From: Candidatus Aenigmatarchaeota archaeon
Lineage (GTDB): Archaea > Aenigmatarchaeota > Aenigmatarchaeia > CG10238-14 > SpSt-28
Length of the DNA stretch: 43,705 nucleotides
Direction of reading: 5' to 3'
Assembly: GCA_032249395.1 (NCBI GenBank)
Contig: JAVVFY010000006.1
Span: 1-43,705, forward strand
Shown here in pieces: positions 9,730 to 19,348 of this stretch. The notes below the pieces were generated by a model. The model did not search any database. It saw nothing but the letters and a program-made list of their open reading frames with translations, and was not told the origin of the DNA. The first letter of the stretch is position 1. Each line of letters starts with the position of its first letter. Position numbers and translations under genes: made by a program.

Positions 9730-10000
9730 GGGTGACACGCCCTCGGTGGATAGACGTTATCTTACTACTTAATCCAACTAACCCTTCTAAACCCCGTATC
9801 TCTACAGCATTTAGTTATCTCCTTACCCTTGCTGCATTCCTGCCCTGGGGGATTCGGAGATAACTAAACCCATAGAGGCGAGGTTTCATCGTCGGGTAGT
9901 TGGGGTAGTAAGATAACGTCTACCGCCCTCGGGCTTCGGCCCGGCCATTATGGACCGTTTGCCGTGACAGGCGAGGCCCAGCCGCCCGGCCTAGTCACCC
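9730..10000 (-). ncRNA. ffs: Archaeal SRP RNA (7S)
   Basis: GC-rich; paired ends GGGTGAC/GTCACCC; Alu-like 5' GGCCGGGCGG; long helix 5; helix 8 CCAGG-GCA-GGAA-TGC-AGCAAGG. Confidence 0.9.
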
Positions 10001-10075
10001 ACTATTTATATTTTGAATGCATAGAAATATATTTAAATATTTCAACTCACTATAAGTATAGCATAGGTGAAAATA

Positions 10076-10177
10076 ATGGCAGAAGAAGAATGGGAAGAAG
10101 AGGAATTGGAAGACGAGGAATTAGAAGAAGAAATGGATGAAGAATGGGAAGAAGAAGGGGACGAGGAAGAATACTAG
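10076..10177 (+). CDS. Hyperacidic microprotein, 33 aa (MAEEEWEEEELEDEELEEEMDEEWEEEGDEEEY)
   Basis: AGGTGA SD 5 nt before ATG, upstream TTTAAATA, downstream T-tracts; not in the ORF track. Confidence 0.65.
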   Translation: MAEEEWEEEELEDEELEEEMDEEWEEEGDEEEY

Positions 10178-10189
10178 CATAAACATGAG

Positions 10190-10212
10190 ATTTTTTATTT
10201 TTTTTATTTTTG
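10190..10212 (+). terminator. Oligo-T archaeal terminator
   Basis: Consecutive T runs just after the microprotein stop. Confidence 0.45.
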
Positions 10213-10274
10213 TCCCTTTCTTTAGCTTTTTTAAATTTATAAGTGTTAAATCAAAACTAATAATTGGTGATAAG

Positions 10275-10562
10275 ATGGCAGTATTCGGTGGTTTAATAGA
10301 CTTGGGAATTGCGTTTCTTCTTTCAGCAGCTATTGCAGAATATCTAAAATTCAGAAGCGTTGCAAGAAAAGGTTTTAACTGGATTATTTTAGCAGGAGTA
10401 TTTTTTCTATTCGCAGGAACGTTCCAAGTCTCCACTAGCTTAAGTGGTTATCTTGGAACTACAGTATGGAATGGAACAGCACAACTCTTTGAAATCCTCG
10501 GATGGCTTTTTGCTTTGGTAGGAACATTGTTCGTAGTATATGAAGCTTTCATCGAGAAATGA
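10275..10562 (+). CDS. Hypothetical membrane protein (95 aa, about 3 TM)
   Basis: GGTGA SD before ATG 10275; the longer ORF-track start runs through terminator-like sequence. Confidence 0.7.
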   Translation: MAVFGGLIDLGIAFLLSAAIAEYLKFRSVARKGFNWIILAGVFFLFAGTFQVSTSLSGYLGTTVWNGTAQLFEILGWLFALVGTLFVVYEAFIEK

Positions 10563-10664
10563 GTATTGTCTTCCCTTTTTTATTTCTTTGTAAATTTTAA
10601 GATTTTATAAAAGATCGATGGTTTTATGTATAAATTAGGCATTTAAATTTTGCTTCTTTTTTGT

Positions 10665-11231
10665 TCATTTTCCTTTTATACTGAGTATTCTTTCTAGCTT
10701 AATTAATGGTACAGTTGAAAGTAGAGCTATAATAGCACCAATTAAAAATACCATTTGAAAACTTATGAAATCAGCTATAACACCCGCAACTATTGCAGCT
10801 AAGGCGCTAGAATAACCCATAGCCATGTAAATATAGCCGAACTCCTCACCTCTTTTCTTTTTTGAAGTTATATCTGCCATCATAGCTTGTTGAGAAGGAG
10901 ATGCTATAGAAGAACCTATACCTAATAAAATTTGTATAAGGTAGACATGATAAATATGTGTTATAAAAATATAACCAAAGAGCCCTATTGAATTTATCAA
11001 GTTTGCGAGAATTGAAAATCTTATTCTACCATACTTATCAGCTAATTTCCCCATAAATGGCTGTAATGTTGAAAATACTATACCATAAATAGCATAGGCA
11101 ACTCCAACAGAAAGAATATTTTCTCCAATATTCTTTACGAATATTGCATATATTGGTGCTATCATTTCAACGGCGAATGTGAATAGTAGACCCCAAGCAA
11201 TTAAGAGAATTATCTTATTTTTATTTTCCAT
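10665..11231 (-). CDS. Half-size MFS transporter (one 6-TM domain)
   Basis: Motif A GKLADKYGR and DITSKKKRGEEFG loop; only 188 aa. Confidence 0.8.
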   Translation of the reverse strand: MENKNKIILLIAWGLLFTFAVEMIAPIYAIFVKNIGENILSVGVAYAIYGIVFSTLQPFMGKLADKYGRIRFSILANLINSIGLFGYIFITHIYHVYLIQILLGIGSSIASPSQQAMMADITSKKKRGEEFGYIYMAMGYSSALAAIVAGVIADFISFQMVFLIGAIIALLSTVPLIKLERILSIKGK

Positions 11232-11285
11232 TAAAAGAGTTAAAAATTAAAATATAAAAGTTTTTGAAAGTGTATTAATTAGTGT

Positions 11286-11904
11286 ATGAGAATGTTTAAG
11301 TTAAAAATCCTACGGAAAATCTGTAAAAGGTAGGGATCATAAGAATAACGAGGATTCTTTTCTATGTAATAAGATAAAAAGGTTATTTGCTGTAGCTGAT
11401 GGTGTTACAAATTATCCTGGTGGAAAGGAAGCTAGTAGATTGGCTATAAGTTATTTGAATGAGTTATTTGAAGGGGATTTAGTAAAAGCTCCGTATAATA
11501 CAAACTTGAAAATATTACCAGATAAGTTAACTAGTCCTAACATACGTTATACAACATTAACTTCTGTTAATATTAAAGATAAACTAATTTTGGCTTACGT
11601 TGGAGACAGCCCTGTATTTATTATTAGAAATAACACTATTGGAAAATTAACAATACCTAATACAAAAACTATTTGAAATGGAAAATTTAGAATTTAGGAC
11701 AAGAAAGATTGAGTTAAAACACAATGACTTTATATTATTATGTACAGATGGGATTTCTTCTGTTTTAAGCGAAAGTGAAATTTTGAAAGTTTTTATTTAT
11801 AAAAAAATCCAAAGGAAACTGTTAATGAGTTAATTAAGAGAGCAGAAAACAAATTTCAAGCTTATAATGATGATAAAACAGCAATAGTGATAAGAGTTTT
11901 ATAA
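11286..11904 (+). pseudogene. PP2C/PPM-type Ser/Thr phosphatase, disrupted
   Basis: Motifs NED, AVADGV, YVGDS, LCTDG and DDKTAIVI spread over different frames; internal stop at 11676. Confidence 0.8.
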
Positions 11905-11912
11905 TGATTTTT

Positions 11913-12040
11913 TGCAGGGGGTGGGATTTGAACCCACGAAGGGACTAACCCAGCAGGTTTCTTCTTAGCACCTAAGCTTCGGCTAATTCTGAGCTTCAGC
12001 TTTTTATCTGCCGCCATCGACCAGGCTAGGCGACCCCTGC
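11913..12040 (-). tRNA. tRNA-Leu (most likely TAG) with introns at 30/31 and 37/38
   Basis: Same D-arm, variable arm and T-arm as the other two Leu tRNAs; removing 30 nt and 12 nt gives an 86-nt tRNA with CT-TAG-GA loop. Confidence 0.8.
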
Positions 12041-12093
12041 ACTAATAGAACTTGTTTTAGAAAAATTAAAAATGAATTCTTCCAAAGAATCAA

Positions 12094-12179
12094 TGCTCCC
12101 GGCGGGATTTGAACCCGCGTCTGAGCCTTTCTCCATTATCGAGAGGGCTCTATCCTTGACCTGGCTAGACGACGGGAGC
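12094..12179 (-). tRNA. tRNA-Glu(CTC) with 11-nt intron at 37/38
   Basis: GCTCCCG/CGGGAGC; GAGCC-CTCTCG[ATAATGGAGAA]A-GGCTC; CTCT/GGAG splice helix. Confidence 0.9.
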
Positions 12180-12204
12180 ACTAATTGAGAATTAGTTGAA
12201 GAAA

Positions 12205-12477
12205 TTAAAAAATATGAAAGTCAGAAAAATTAGTTTCAGATTGCAACTTCTCTATTTTTATATCTTTTACTTCTGCCAAAGGATGATTTTTTTTCATTAT
12301 TTCTATCATTTTTTCTATATCACTTTTTTCTCCACATAAAACAGCTTCTACTTTGTTATTTGGTAAATTTCTTACATATCCTTTTATTCCCAGCATTTTA
12401 GCATATCTCTGAACAAAGCTTCTGTATCCTATTCCTTGAACTTTTCCATAAACTAGAACTCTAACTTTTTCTTCCAT
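12205..12477 (-). CDS. acyP: Acylphosphatase
   Basis: VYGKVQGIGYR and GYVRNL motifs, 90 aa. Confidence 0.93.
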   Translation of the reverse strand: MEEKVRVLVYGKVQGIGYRSFVQRYAKMLGIKGYVRNLPNNKVEAVLCGEKSDIEKMIEIMKKNHPLAEVKDIKIEKLQSETNFSDFHIF

Positions 12478-12515
12478 TTCTTAAATAATTGATACACAAT
12501 CTATAAATTTTTTTG

Positions 12516-12589
12516 TGGGACGGGTGGGATTTGAACCCACGACGCACCGGTCTTCAGCCGGTCGCTCTCCCGGGCTGAGCTACCGTCCC
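12516..12589 (-). tRNA. tRNA-Phe(GAA)
   Basis: GGGACGG/CCGTCCC; ACCGG-CTGAAGA-CCGGT. Confidence 0.95.
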
Positions 12590-12648
12590 ATTAATAAGAT
12601 TTTCAAAATTTTCTTAAAAACTTTTAAAGCTACATTACAAGAAAATGA

Positions 12649-13824
12649 ATGCAAAATATAAAAATAAGTTCGTTCAAGTATGTTTTACCGAGAATTGAAA
12701 TTGTGGAAAGAAAAGGAATAGGACATCCCGATACAATTTGTGATTCTATCGCTGATAGATTTGCCTTGAATCTTACTCAATACTACTTAAAAAAATACAA
12801 TCAAATTTTTCACTTCAATGTTGACAAAGCTTTGTTAGTTGCTGGAGAAACTAAAACAAGGTTTGGTGGCGGAAAAATATTAAAGCCAATGAAGATTTTC
12901 TTTGGAGACAGGGCAACTTACAAAATTAATGACGAAGAAGTTCCTATAGATGAAATATTGAAGCAGTCTGTTTATAGTTGGCTGAAAGAGAATTTGAGGT
13001 TTGTTGGCGAAAAAGAAGTTGAAGTTATAAATGAAGTTAAGCGCGGCTCCGAAGAATTAACTTCCATTTTCAAAAGAAAAGATGAATATTTGCCAGCAAA
13101 TGATACAAGTGCTTTAGTTGGTTATGCTCCATTAACAACTCTAGAGAAAAGTGTTTTAGAGTTAGAGAGATACCTAAACTCAAAAGATTTCAAGAAAAAG
13201 TTTCCAGAAAGTGGAGAAGATATTAAGGTCATGGGTTTGCGAGAGGAAAATAACTTTAGTTATACCGTAGCTATGGCTTTTGTTGATAGATTTGTAAAAA
13301 GTGAGGATGATTATTTCAAGAAGAAAGATGAAATAAAGGAAGAAACGAAAAAGTTCTTTAATGCAAATTTTGGAATAGAACCCAACATTTATTTGAATAC
13401 TTTAGATGAAAGAGGAAAAGGGGAAGAAGGATGTTATTTAACAGTAACGGGAACTTCAGCAGAAGCTGGTGATTCTGGAGAGGTTGGAAGGGGAAATAGA
13501 GTAAATGGTATTATTTCTTTGAATAGGCCAGCAGGATCTGAGGCAGCTCCAGGTAAAAACATGGTTAGTCATGTTGGAAAAATTTACAATTTGCTTGCTT
13601 TTGATATTGCTAATAAAATTTACGAAAGAATAGGAAAATATAACTATGTTTGGCTTTTGAGTCAAATAGGAAGACCAATAAACAAACCTTTAGTAGTTTC
13701 AATAGAGGTTGATAATCTAGATAAAAAAGAGGAAGAGATGGTGAGAGAAATCGTGGAGAAAAGATTCGAGACTCTTAAAGATTTCTTGAAAGAGTTAATT
13801 GAAGGAAAATTCAGAGTTTGCTAA
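12649..13824 (+). CDS. mat: Archaeal-type S-adenosylmethionine synthetase
   Basis: [37 protein letters not shown] motifs. Confidence 0.93.
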   Translation: MQNIKISSFKYVLPRIEIVERKGIGHPDTICDSIADRFALNLTQYYLKKYNQIFHFNVDKALLVAGETKTRFGGGKILKPMKIFFGDRATYKINDEEVPIDEILKQSVYSWLKENLRFVGEKEVEVINEVKRGSEELTSIFKRKDEYLPANDTSALVGYAPLTTLEKSVLELERYLNSKDFKKKFPESGEDIKVMGLREENNFSYTVAMAFVDRFVKSEDDYFKKKDEIKEETKKFFNANFGIEPNIYLNTLDERGKGEEGCYLTVTGTSAEAGDSGEVGRGNRVNGIISLNRPAGSEAAPGKNMVSHVGKIYNLLAFDIANKIYERIGKYNYVWLLSQIGRPINKPLVVSIEVDNLDKKEEEMVREIVEKRFETLKDFLKELIEGKFRVC

Positions 13825-14482
13825 GTCTGTATTTTAATCCTTCTATAAATATGAAAATCGACACACCGAGAACAACTCTTATCCCCCTTTTAATTCCACT
13901 TTTTTTATGATAAAAAACTTTTACAGGAACCTGCTTAACTCTTAATCCTTTTTTGATTGCATCACTCAAAATTGAATTCTCTATTATATAGCCACCATGT
14001 ATATTTTCTATTTCTTTTATTGCTTTTTCTCCAAATGCCATATAACCACAGTTTGTATCTCTGAATTTTGTGCCGTATAGAATATTGAATAATGTTCTCC
14101 ACACAAAGTTTCCCAGTTTATGTCTAAATGGTACTTCTTTCCAATTCCTATATCCCATTACGAGATCAGCTTCTCCTCGTTTGATTGGTTCTAAAAGTTT
14201 TCTTGCCTCTTCAGGCAAATACTGTAAGTCAGCATCTATAATAACAAAGCTTTTGATTTTCCTTTTTCTTGCAAACTCAAAAGCGGTTCTTAAGGCTTCT
14301 CCCTTTCCCTTGTTTGTTTTATGTTTCAAAACTATTGCTCCAGCTTCTTTTGCCAACTCATAAGTCCGATCTTTACTCCCATCATCAACGACTATTACTT
14401 TAAATTTCATTCTTCTAAGTTTTTTGACAACCTCATATATGTTTTTTTCTTCATTGTATGCTGGAACAATTGCATAGTCCAT
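13811..14482 (-). CDS. GT2 glycosyltransferase (dolichol-phosphate sugar synthase-like)
   Basis: IVPAYNEE, VDDGSKD, NKGKG, DADLQ motifs. Confidence 0.9.
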   Translation of the reverse strand: MDYAIVPAYNEEKNIYEVVKKLRRMKFKVIVVDDGSKDRTYELAKEAGAIVLKHKTNKGKGEALRTAFEFARKRKIKSFVIIDADLQYLPEEARKLLEPIKRGEADLVMGYRNWKEVPFRHKLGNFVWRTLFNILYGTKFRDTNCGYMAFGEKAIKEIENIHGGYIIENSILSDAIKKGLRVKQVPVKVFYHKKSGIKRGIRVVLGVSIFIFIEGLKYRLSKL

Positions 14483-14513
14483 TAATTAATTTGTAAGCCC
14501 CATATATGAATTA

Positions 14514-15065
14514 ATGATATGTCCGAGATGTGGTAGAAATGTTGATAAATTTTACGACAATTTATGTCTAGAGTGCTTTATAGATAGGCTAGAAATACAA
14601 AAAATTAACATAAGAAGATGTAAAGTTTGTGGAAGGTATTTTGTTTCAAACAAGTCTTTTGATAGTAGAGAGAATGCTATAGATTTTTATGTAAAGAAGT
14701 TTCTTTCTAAGAAGCATGGCGAAATTGTGAATTTATTGCCAACTAATAAAATTGAGATTTTTGAAAAACAGTTCTTTTGCAGCTATTGTAAAAAATTTGT
14801 TAGTAGAAAAATAGAAGCAATTCTTCAGCTTAGAGGGAAGAACGTCGAATATATTGTAGAAAAATATGGTTTGGTTGGTAAACCAGTTAGAGGAGGCTTT
14901 GATATCAATTTTTCATTTAAGAGATATGCTTACGAATTGATTAATAAGCTAAGAAAAAAATATAAATTATCGATGAAAGTTTCGAGAAAGCTAATGGGAT
15001 TGAGAGAAGGAAAAAAAGTATATAGAGATACTATATTGGTGAGAATAAATGGCAAAAAAGTATGA
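14514..15065 (+). CDS. NMD3-family ribosome biogenesis protein (compact)
   Basis: Four CxxC pairs, EAILQLR, C-terminal KL.G…GK.VYR.TILVR. Confidence 0.8.
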   Translation: MICPRCGRNVDKFYDNLCLECFIDRLEIQKINIRRCKVCGRYFVSNKSFDSRENAIDFYVKKFLSKKHGEIVNLLPTNKIEIFEKQFFCSYCKKFVSRKIEAILQLRGKNVEYIVEKYGLVGKPVRGGFDINFSFKRYAYELINKLRKKYKLSMKVSRKLMGLREGKKVYRDTILVRINGKKV

Positions 15066-15369
15066 GCCTAGTGAAGAAGAATTGGAAATAGCAAGAATTA
15101 GGCTGCCAAGAGAAGGAGAAGTTTTAGGTATTGTTGAAACTATGGTTGGTGGAGATAGGATGAAAGTTATTTGCGACGACGGTAAAGAAAGGATTTGTAG
15201 AATTCCAGGAAAACTAAGAAAAAGAGTTTGGATTAAAGAAGGAGATTTAATTTTGGTTATGCCTTGGAAAGTCCAAAGCGATAAGAGAGGTGATGTTATT
15301 TTTAGGTATACACCAACTCAAGCTTCTTGGCTGAAGAAGAATGGTTATATAAAGAACCTTCAGGTATAA
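15049..15369 (+). CDS. eif1a: Translation initiation factor aIF-1A
   Basis: CDDGKERICRIPGKLRKRVWI OB-fold signature. Confidence 0.95.
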   Translation: MAKKYEPSEEELEIARIRLPREGEVLGIVETMVGGDRMKVICDDGKERICRIPGKLRKRVWIKEGDLILVMPWKVQSDKRGDVIFRYTPTQASWLKKNGYIKNLQV

Positions 15370-15371
15370 AA

Positions 15372-16085
15372 ATGGAAGATTTTTTATCTGAAGGAAAAGT
15401 TGAAGGAAAAGTTTATGATAAAAGAACTTTAATGGCAATTTTCAAACTTATGAAAAGAGGAATTATAAAAACGTTAGAATCTACTGTCAAAGAAGGGAAA
15501 GAGAGTGTTGTAGTTGCAGCTAAGAATAAAGAGGGAGAATGGTTGGCTGTAAAAATTTACAGAGTTGAACATTGTGATTTTAAAAGTATGTGGAAGTATC
15601 TGATTTCTGATTATAGATTCGAAAGAATAAGAAAAAGTAGATGGCATGTCGTTATAAATTGGGCAAAGAGAGAATTCAAAAACATGCAAATAGCTTATGA
15701 AGCTGAGGTTACTTGCCCTAAACCAATTTCAGTTTATGAAAATGTTTTGGTTATGAGTTTTATTGGAGAAGATGGAATTCCGGCACCAACTTTAGCTCAG
15801 CTGGAGAATGAAGAATTGAATTGGGATGAAATTTACAATCAAGTTAAAAGTGAGATGATTAAATTAACTAAGGCGGGGATCATTCATACAGACTTAAGTG
15901 CTTTCAACATTTTGTATTACGATAAAGCTTACATTATAGATTTTAGTCAAGGAGTAACCGAGAGACATCCATTAGCTTTGCACTTTTTAGAAAGGGACGT
16001 TAAGAATATAAATGAGTTTTTTAGAAAAAAGAATGTGGAAATTGATGAGACTTTGTTTGAAAGTTTAAGGAGGCTGATTGAATGA
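15372..16085 (+). CDS. rio1: RIO1 serine protein kinase
   Basis: GKESVV, AVKIYR, WAKREF, IHTDLSAFNIL, IIDFSQ motifs. Confidence 0.92.
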   Translation: MEDFLSEGKVEGKVYDKRTLMAIFKLMKRGIIKTLESTVKEGKESVVVAAKNKEGEWLAVKIYRVEHCDFKSMWKYLISDYRFERIRKSRWHVVINWAKREFKNMQIAYEAEVTCPKPISVYENVLVMSFIGEDGIPAPTLAQLENEELNWDEIYNQVKSEMIKLTKAGIIHTDLSAFNILYYDKAYIIDFSQGVTERHPLALHFLERDVKNINEFFRKKNVEIDETLFESLRRLIE

Positions 16086-16579
16086 AAGATACAGTTGTTT
16101 TAACAGAAGAAAGGGCTAAAATGCTTAGAAATAAAAAGGAGTGGGTAGAGAAAATAGAAAGATTAAGCAATTGCAAAATTTCTTTAGAAGATCAAGAGGT
16201 TACGATTGAAGGAAATGATCCAATAACTGTTCTTAGAGTTAAGGAAGTCTTTAGAGCTCTTAATAGAGGGTTTGACTTGAACACAGCACTTTATTTGCTA
16301 GATGAAAACTATTTTCTTGATATAATAGATGTTAAGGATTATGGAAAAAGTAGAGAAAGACAAATTCAGCTTAAAGGAAGAGTTATTGGTAAAGAGGGAA
16401 GCATTAAGAGAATGATTGAAGAAAAAACTGGAACTAAAATTTGCGTTCATGGAAAAACGATTTCTATAATTGGAAGATGGGAAAATTTACAGGTTGCTAG
16501 AAAAGCAATAGAAATGCTTTTAGAAGGAAAAATGCATTCAAGTGTTCAAAAGTTCTTAGAACAAAACTTTGTTGCTTAA
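16082..16579 (+). CDS. KH-domain pre-rRNA processing protein (Dim2/Pno1)
   Basis: RGF, KGRVIGKEG, A.EML..G..HS.V; conserved position after rio1. Confidence 0.88.
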   Translation: MKDTVVLTEERAKMLRNKKEWVEKIERLSNCKISLEDQEVTIEGNDPITVLRVKEVFRALNRGFDLNTALYLLDENYFLDIIDVKDYGKSRERQIQLKGRVIGKEGSIKRMIEEKTGTKICVHGKTISIIGRWENLQVARKAIEMLLEGKMHSSVQKFLEQNFVA

Positions 16580-16607
16580 ACAATTTATACCTCAAAACCA
16601 AAAATTG

Positions 16608-18215
16608 ATGATTATGGAAGATGGTGTAATTACAGCAGAAGAAATTGCTGATAAAATAAGAGAAGTTAGTATAGCGGAGTTTTTCGAAAAAAACAGACAT
16701 TTGTTAGGATATGAAAATCCGACAAAAAGTTTATTTACTGTTGTCAAAGAAGCAGTTGATAACAGTGTTGATGCTTGCATAGAAGCAAGAATTCTACCAA
16801 AAATAAAGGTTAGTGTAAACCAAGTTGGAGAAAATATTTACAAGGTTAGAGTTGAAGACAACGGTCCTGGTTTGCCACCAGAAAAAATTCCAATAGCATT
16901 TGGTAAGTTCTTGGTAGGAAGCAAATTTTATAGATACAGACAATCAATTGGAACTCAAGGTATAGGTATAAAGGGTGCAATTTTGTATGCTCAATTGACA
17001 ACAGGCAAGCCTGCAAAAATAATAACTTATTACAAAAAGAAGAAGCACGAGTTTGAATTAATGATCGATGTTTTGAAAAACGAACCAAAAATAATTTCTC
17101 ATAATATAGAAAATCTAGAAAAAGATCTGCATGGCTTATCAATAGAACTATTGGTTGAGGGAAGATATATAGAAAAAGGACAATCAATACCAACTTACTT
17201 AAGATATATTTGGTTAGCAAACCCCTATGTTGAAATAATTTATGATGGACCAGAAAGTAGCTTTAAGCTTGAAAGAGTAGTTAATGTTTTACCTCCTTCA
17301 CCAAAAGAGATTAAGCCTCATCCTTATGGGGTTGAACTCGGAAGGTTCAAAAGAATGTTGCATTTATCTAATGCTAGAACTGTAGCTGGTTTTCTTTCTT
17401 CTGAATTTTCAAGAGTCAGCTTACAAACTGCAGAAAAGATTTGTAAGTTAGCTAGAGTAGATCCAAAAAAGAGACCAAAAGAAGTTACTGATGAAGAAGC
17501 AGAAAAATTGCATAAAGCAATGCAAAGTGTAAAATTAAAAGCTCCCCCAACTGATTGTCTTTCCCCGCTAAAAGAAGAGTTTTTAATTGAAGCCTTGCAA
17601 AAAGAATTTCAACCAGAGTTTGTTACAGCTGTTATAAGAAAACCGTCTGTATATAGAGGAAATCCGTTTCAGGTCCAAGTTGCTTTAGCTTATGGTGGAA
17701 AAATTTCGGAAAGTAATGAACAAGTTCAGACTTCAAAGCTTTTAAGGTTTGCCAATCATACTCCTTTACTTTACAATCAATCGGATTGTGCTATTACAAG
17801 AGCTGTTGAAGAGGTCGATTGGAGAAACTATGGTTTAAGCCAACCTTCAGGTAGCTTACCTCAAGCCCCTCTCATAATTTTTGTCGATTTCCTATCGGTT
17901 TGGATTCCTTACAAAAGTGAAGGAAAGCAAGCAATAGCCGAATACCCAGAGATAATAAAAGAAATTAAACTTGCTTTACAAGAAGCAGGAAGAAGACTTT
18001 CTGTGTTTTTACACAAAAAAATTAGAAGCGAGCAGCTAAGGATGAGAGCAAATATTTTTGAAGCATATACAAACGTTTTTAGCGAATTTGTATCCGAATT
18101 AACAGGAAAGAATGTTGAATACATTAAAAATAAAATTATTGAATTGATAAAGAAAGGAGAGTATAAGGAAGGGGAAGAAAAGAGATTGAAGGAAGAAGTT
18201 ATTGAGGTGAAATAA
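16608..18215 (+). CDS. top6B: DNA topoisomerase VI subunit B
   Basis: SIAEFFEKN, KEAVDNSVDA, VEDNGPG, RFAN..PLL; start codon uncertain. Confidence 0.95.
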   Translation: MIMEDGVITAEEIADKIREVSIAEFFEKNRHLLGYENPTKSLFTVVKEAVDNSVDACIEARILPKIKVSVNQVGENIYKVRVEDNGPGLPPEKIPIAFGKFLVGSKFYRYRQSIGTQGIGIKGAILYAQLTTGKPAKIITYYKKKKHEFELMIDVLKNEPKIISHNIENLEKDLHGLSIELLVEGRYIEKGQSIPTYLRYIWLANPYVEIIYDGPESSFKLERVVNVLPPSPKEIKPHPYGVELGRFKRMLHLSNARTVAGFLSSEFSRVSLQTAEKICKLARVDPKKRPKEVTDEEAEKLHKAMQSVKLKAPPTDCLSPLKEEFLIEALQKEFQPEFVTAVIRKPSVYRGNPFQVQVALAYGGKISESNEQVQTSKLLRFANHTPLLYNQSDCAITRAVEEVDWRNYGLSQPSGSLPQAPLIIFVDFLSVWIPYKSEGKQAIAEYPEIIKEIKLALQEAGRRLSVFLHKKIRSEQLRMRANIFEAYTNVFSEFVSELTGKNVEYIKNKIIELIKKGEYKEGEEKRLKEEVIEVK

Positions 18216-19319
18216 ATGAAGTTTTACATAAGGCCTAAGAAAAAAGAGGAGATTTTATCAACTCTTAAAGAGTTGGGTGAAAGTTTTTTGAAAGATGTAG
18301 AAGAAGGTAGAAATCCTAGTGTTGAAGTGCCAGTAAGAACTTTAAGAAATATAAAGTTTGATGCTAAAGAAAGAAAGATATTTCTTGGTGGTTATGTTGC
18401 AAAAAGATATTTGCTACATTTAGGCCAAATAAGGAGTTTTACTCAACTAACTGGAATTGCCGCGCTTTCAAAAAAATTGATTGAAGAAAACAAACATGTT
18501 AGCTTAAGAGAAGCTTTTTACATTTTAAAGAGAAACATTCCCGGACTTAATAAAAATATTGTTGATGAACAAGAAGAATCTAATAGAGCAGTTGAAGATT
18601 TAGAATTGGTTATAAATGCTTTAAGGGAGCAATTACATATAAATGCTAATAAGCTTGGGGCTGTAGCTGGCAATGTTATTATTAGGGATAGGGGAGATTT
18701 GATAGATTGGTCGAAGCTTGGTTCTGGTGGATGGTCCGTTCCAAGCAATGTAGAAGATATAGAGTTCGTTAAAGTTGATGCAAAGTTTATTCTTTACATA
18801 GAAAAGTCGGCGGTTTGGGAGAGATTGCATGAAGATAAAGTTTGGAAAAAGTTAAATTGCGTAATTGTTGCTTCTCAAGGTCAAGCAACGAGAGGAATAA
18901 GAAGACTATTGCAAAGACTAAATTACGAACATGGTTTGCCAATTTATGTTTTGACAGATTTCGATCCTTGGGGAATTTATATTTACTCTGTTATAAAGTT
19001 TGGTTCTATCGCTTTAGCTCATATTAGCGATAGACTAGCCATACCTTCAGCAAAATTTTTAGGTTTGACGGGAGATGACATTAAAAAATACGGATTAGAG
19101 AAGCATCTAATAAAGTTTAAGGATATTGATGCGAGAAGACTTGAACAAATAAGAGAATATGAGTGGTTCAAGAACAATAAAGAATGGCAAAGGCAGTTTG
19201 ATTTAATGAAAGAAATGAAAGCTAAAGCAGAATTAGAAGCTTTGTCGGCAAGAGGTATAACATTTATAAGCGAAAAATATTTGCCAGAGAAAATAAAGAA
19301 TGAAGAGTTTTTGGATTAA
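18216..19319 (+). CDS. top6A: DNA topoisomerase VI subunit A
   Basis: SLREAFY catalytic Tyr, IEK, TDFDPWG, KAELEAL. Confidence 0.95.
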   Translation: MKFYIRPKKKEEILSTLKELGESFLKDVEEGRNPSVEVPVRTLRNIKFDAKERKIFLGGYVAKRYLLHLGQIRSFTQLTGIAALSKKLIEENKHVSLREAFYILKRNIPGLNKNIVDEQEESNRAVEDLELVINALREQLHINANKLGAVAGNVIIRDRGDLIDWSKLGSGGWSVPSNVEDIEFVKVDAKFILYIEKSAVWERLHEDKVWKKLNCVIVASQGQATRGIRRLLQRLNYEHGLPIYVLTDFDPWGIYIYSVIKFGSIALAHISDRLAIPSAKFLGLTGDDIKKYGLEKHLIKFKDIDARRLEQIREYEWFKNNKEWQRQFDLMKEMKAKAELEALSARGITFISEKYLPEKIKNEEFLD

Positions 19320-19348
19320 ACTTTTATTTTTTGAAATCATTTCATTTA

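Noticed and set aside
10121..10435. Minus-strand 104-aa ORF and the long start of the 10137 ORF
   Set aside because: Shadows of the acidic microprotein, terminator and membrane gene
12129..12139. Guide module in the tRNA-Glu intron
   Set aside because: The 11-nt intron has only the ordinary splice helix and no D/C boxes
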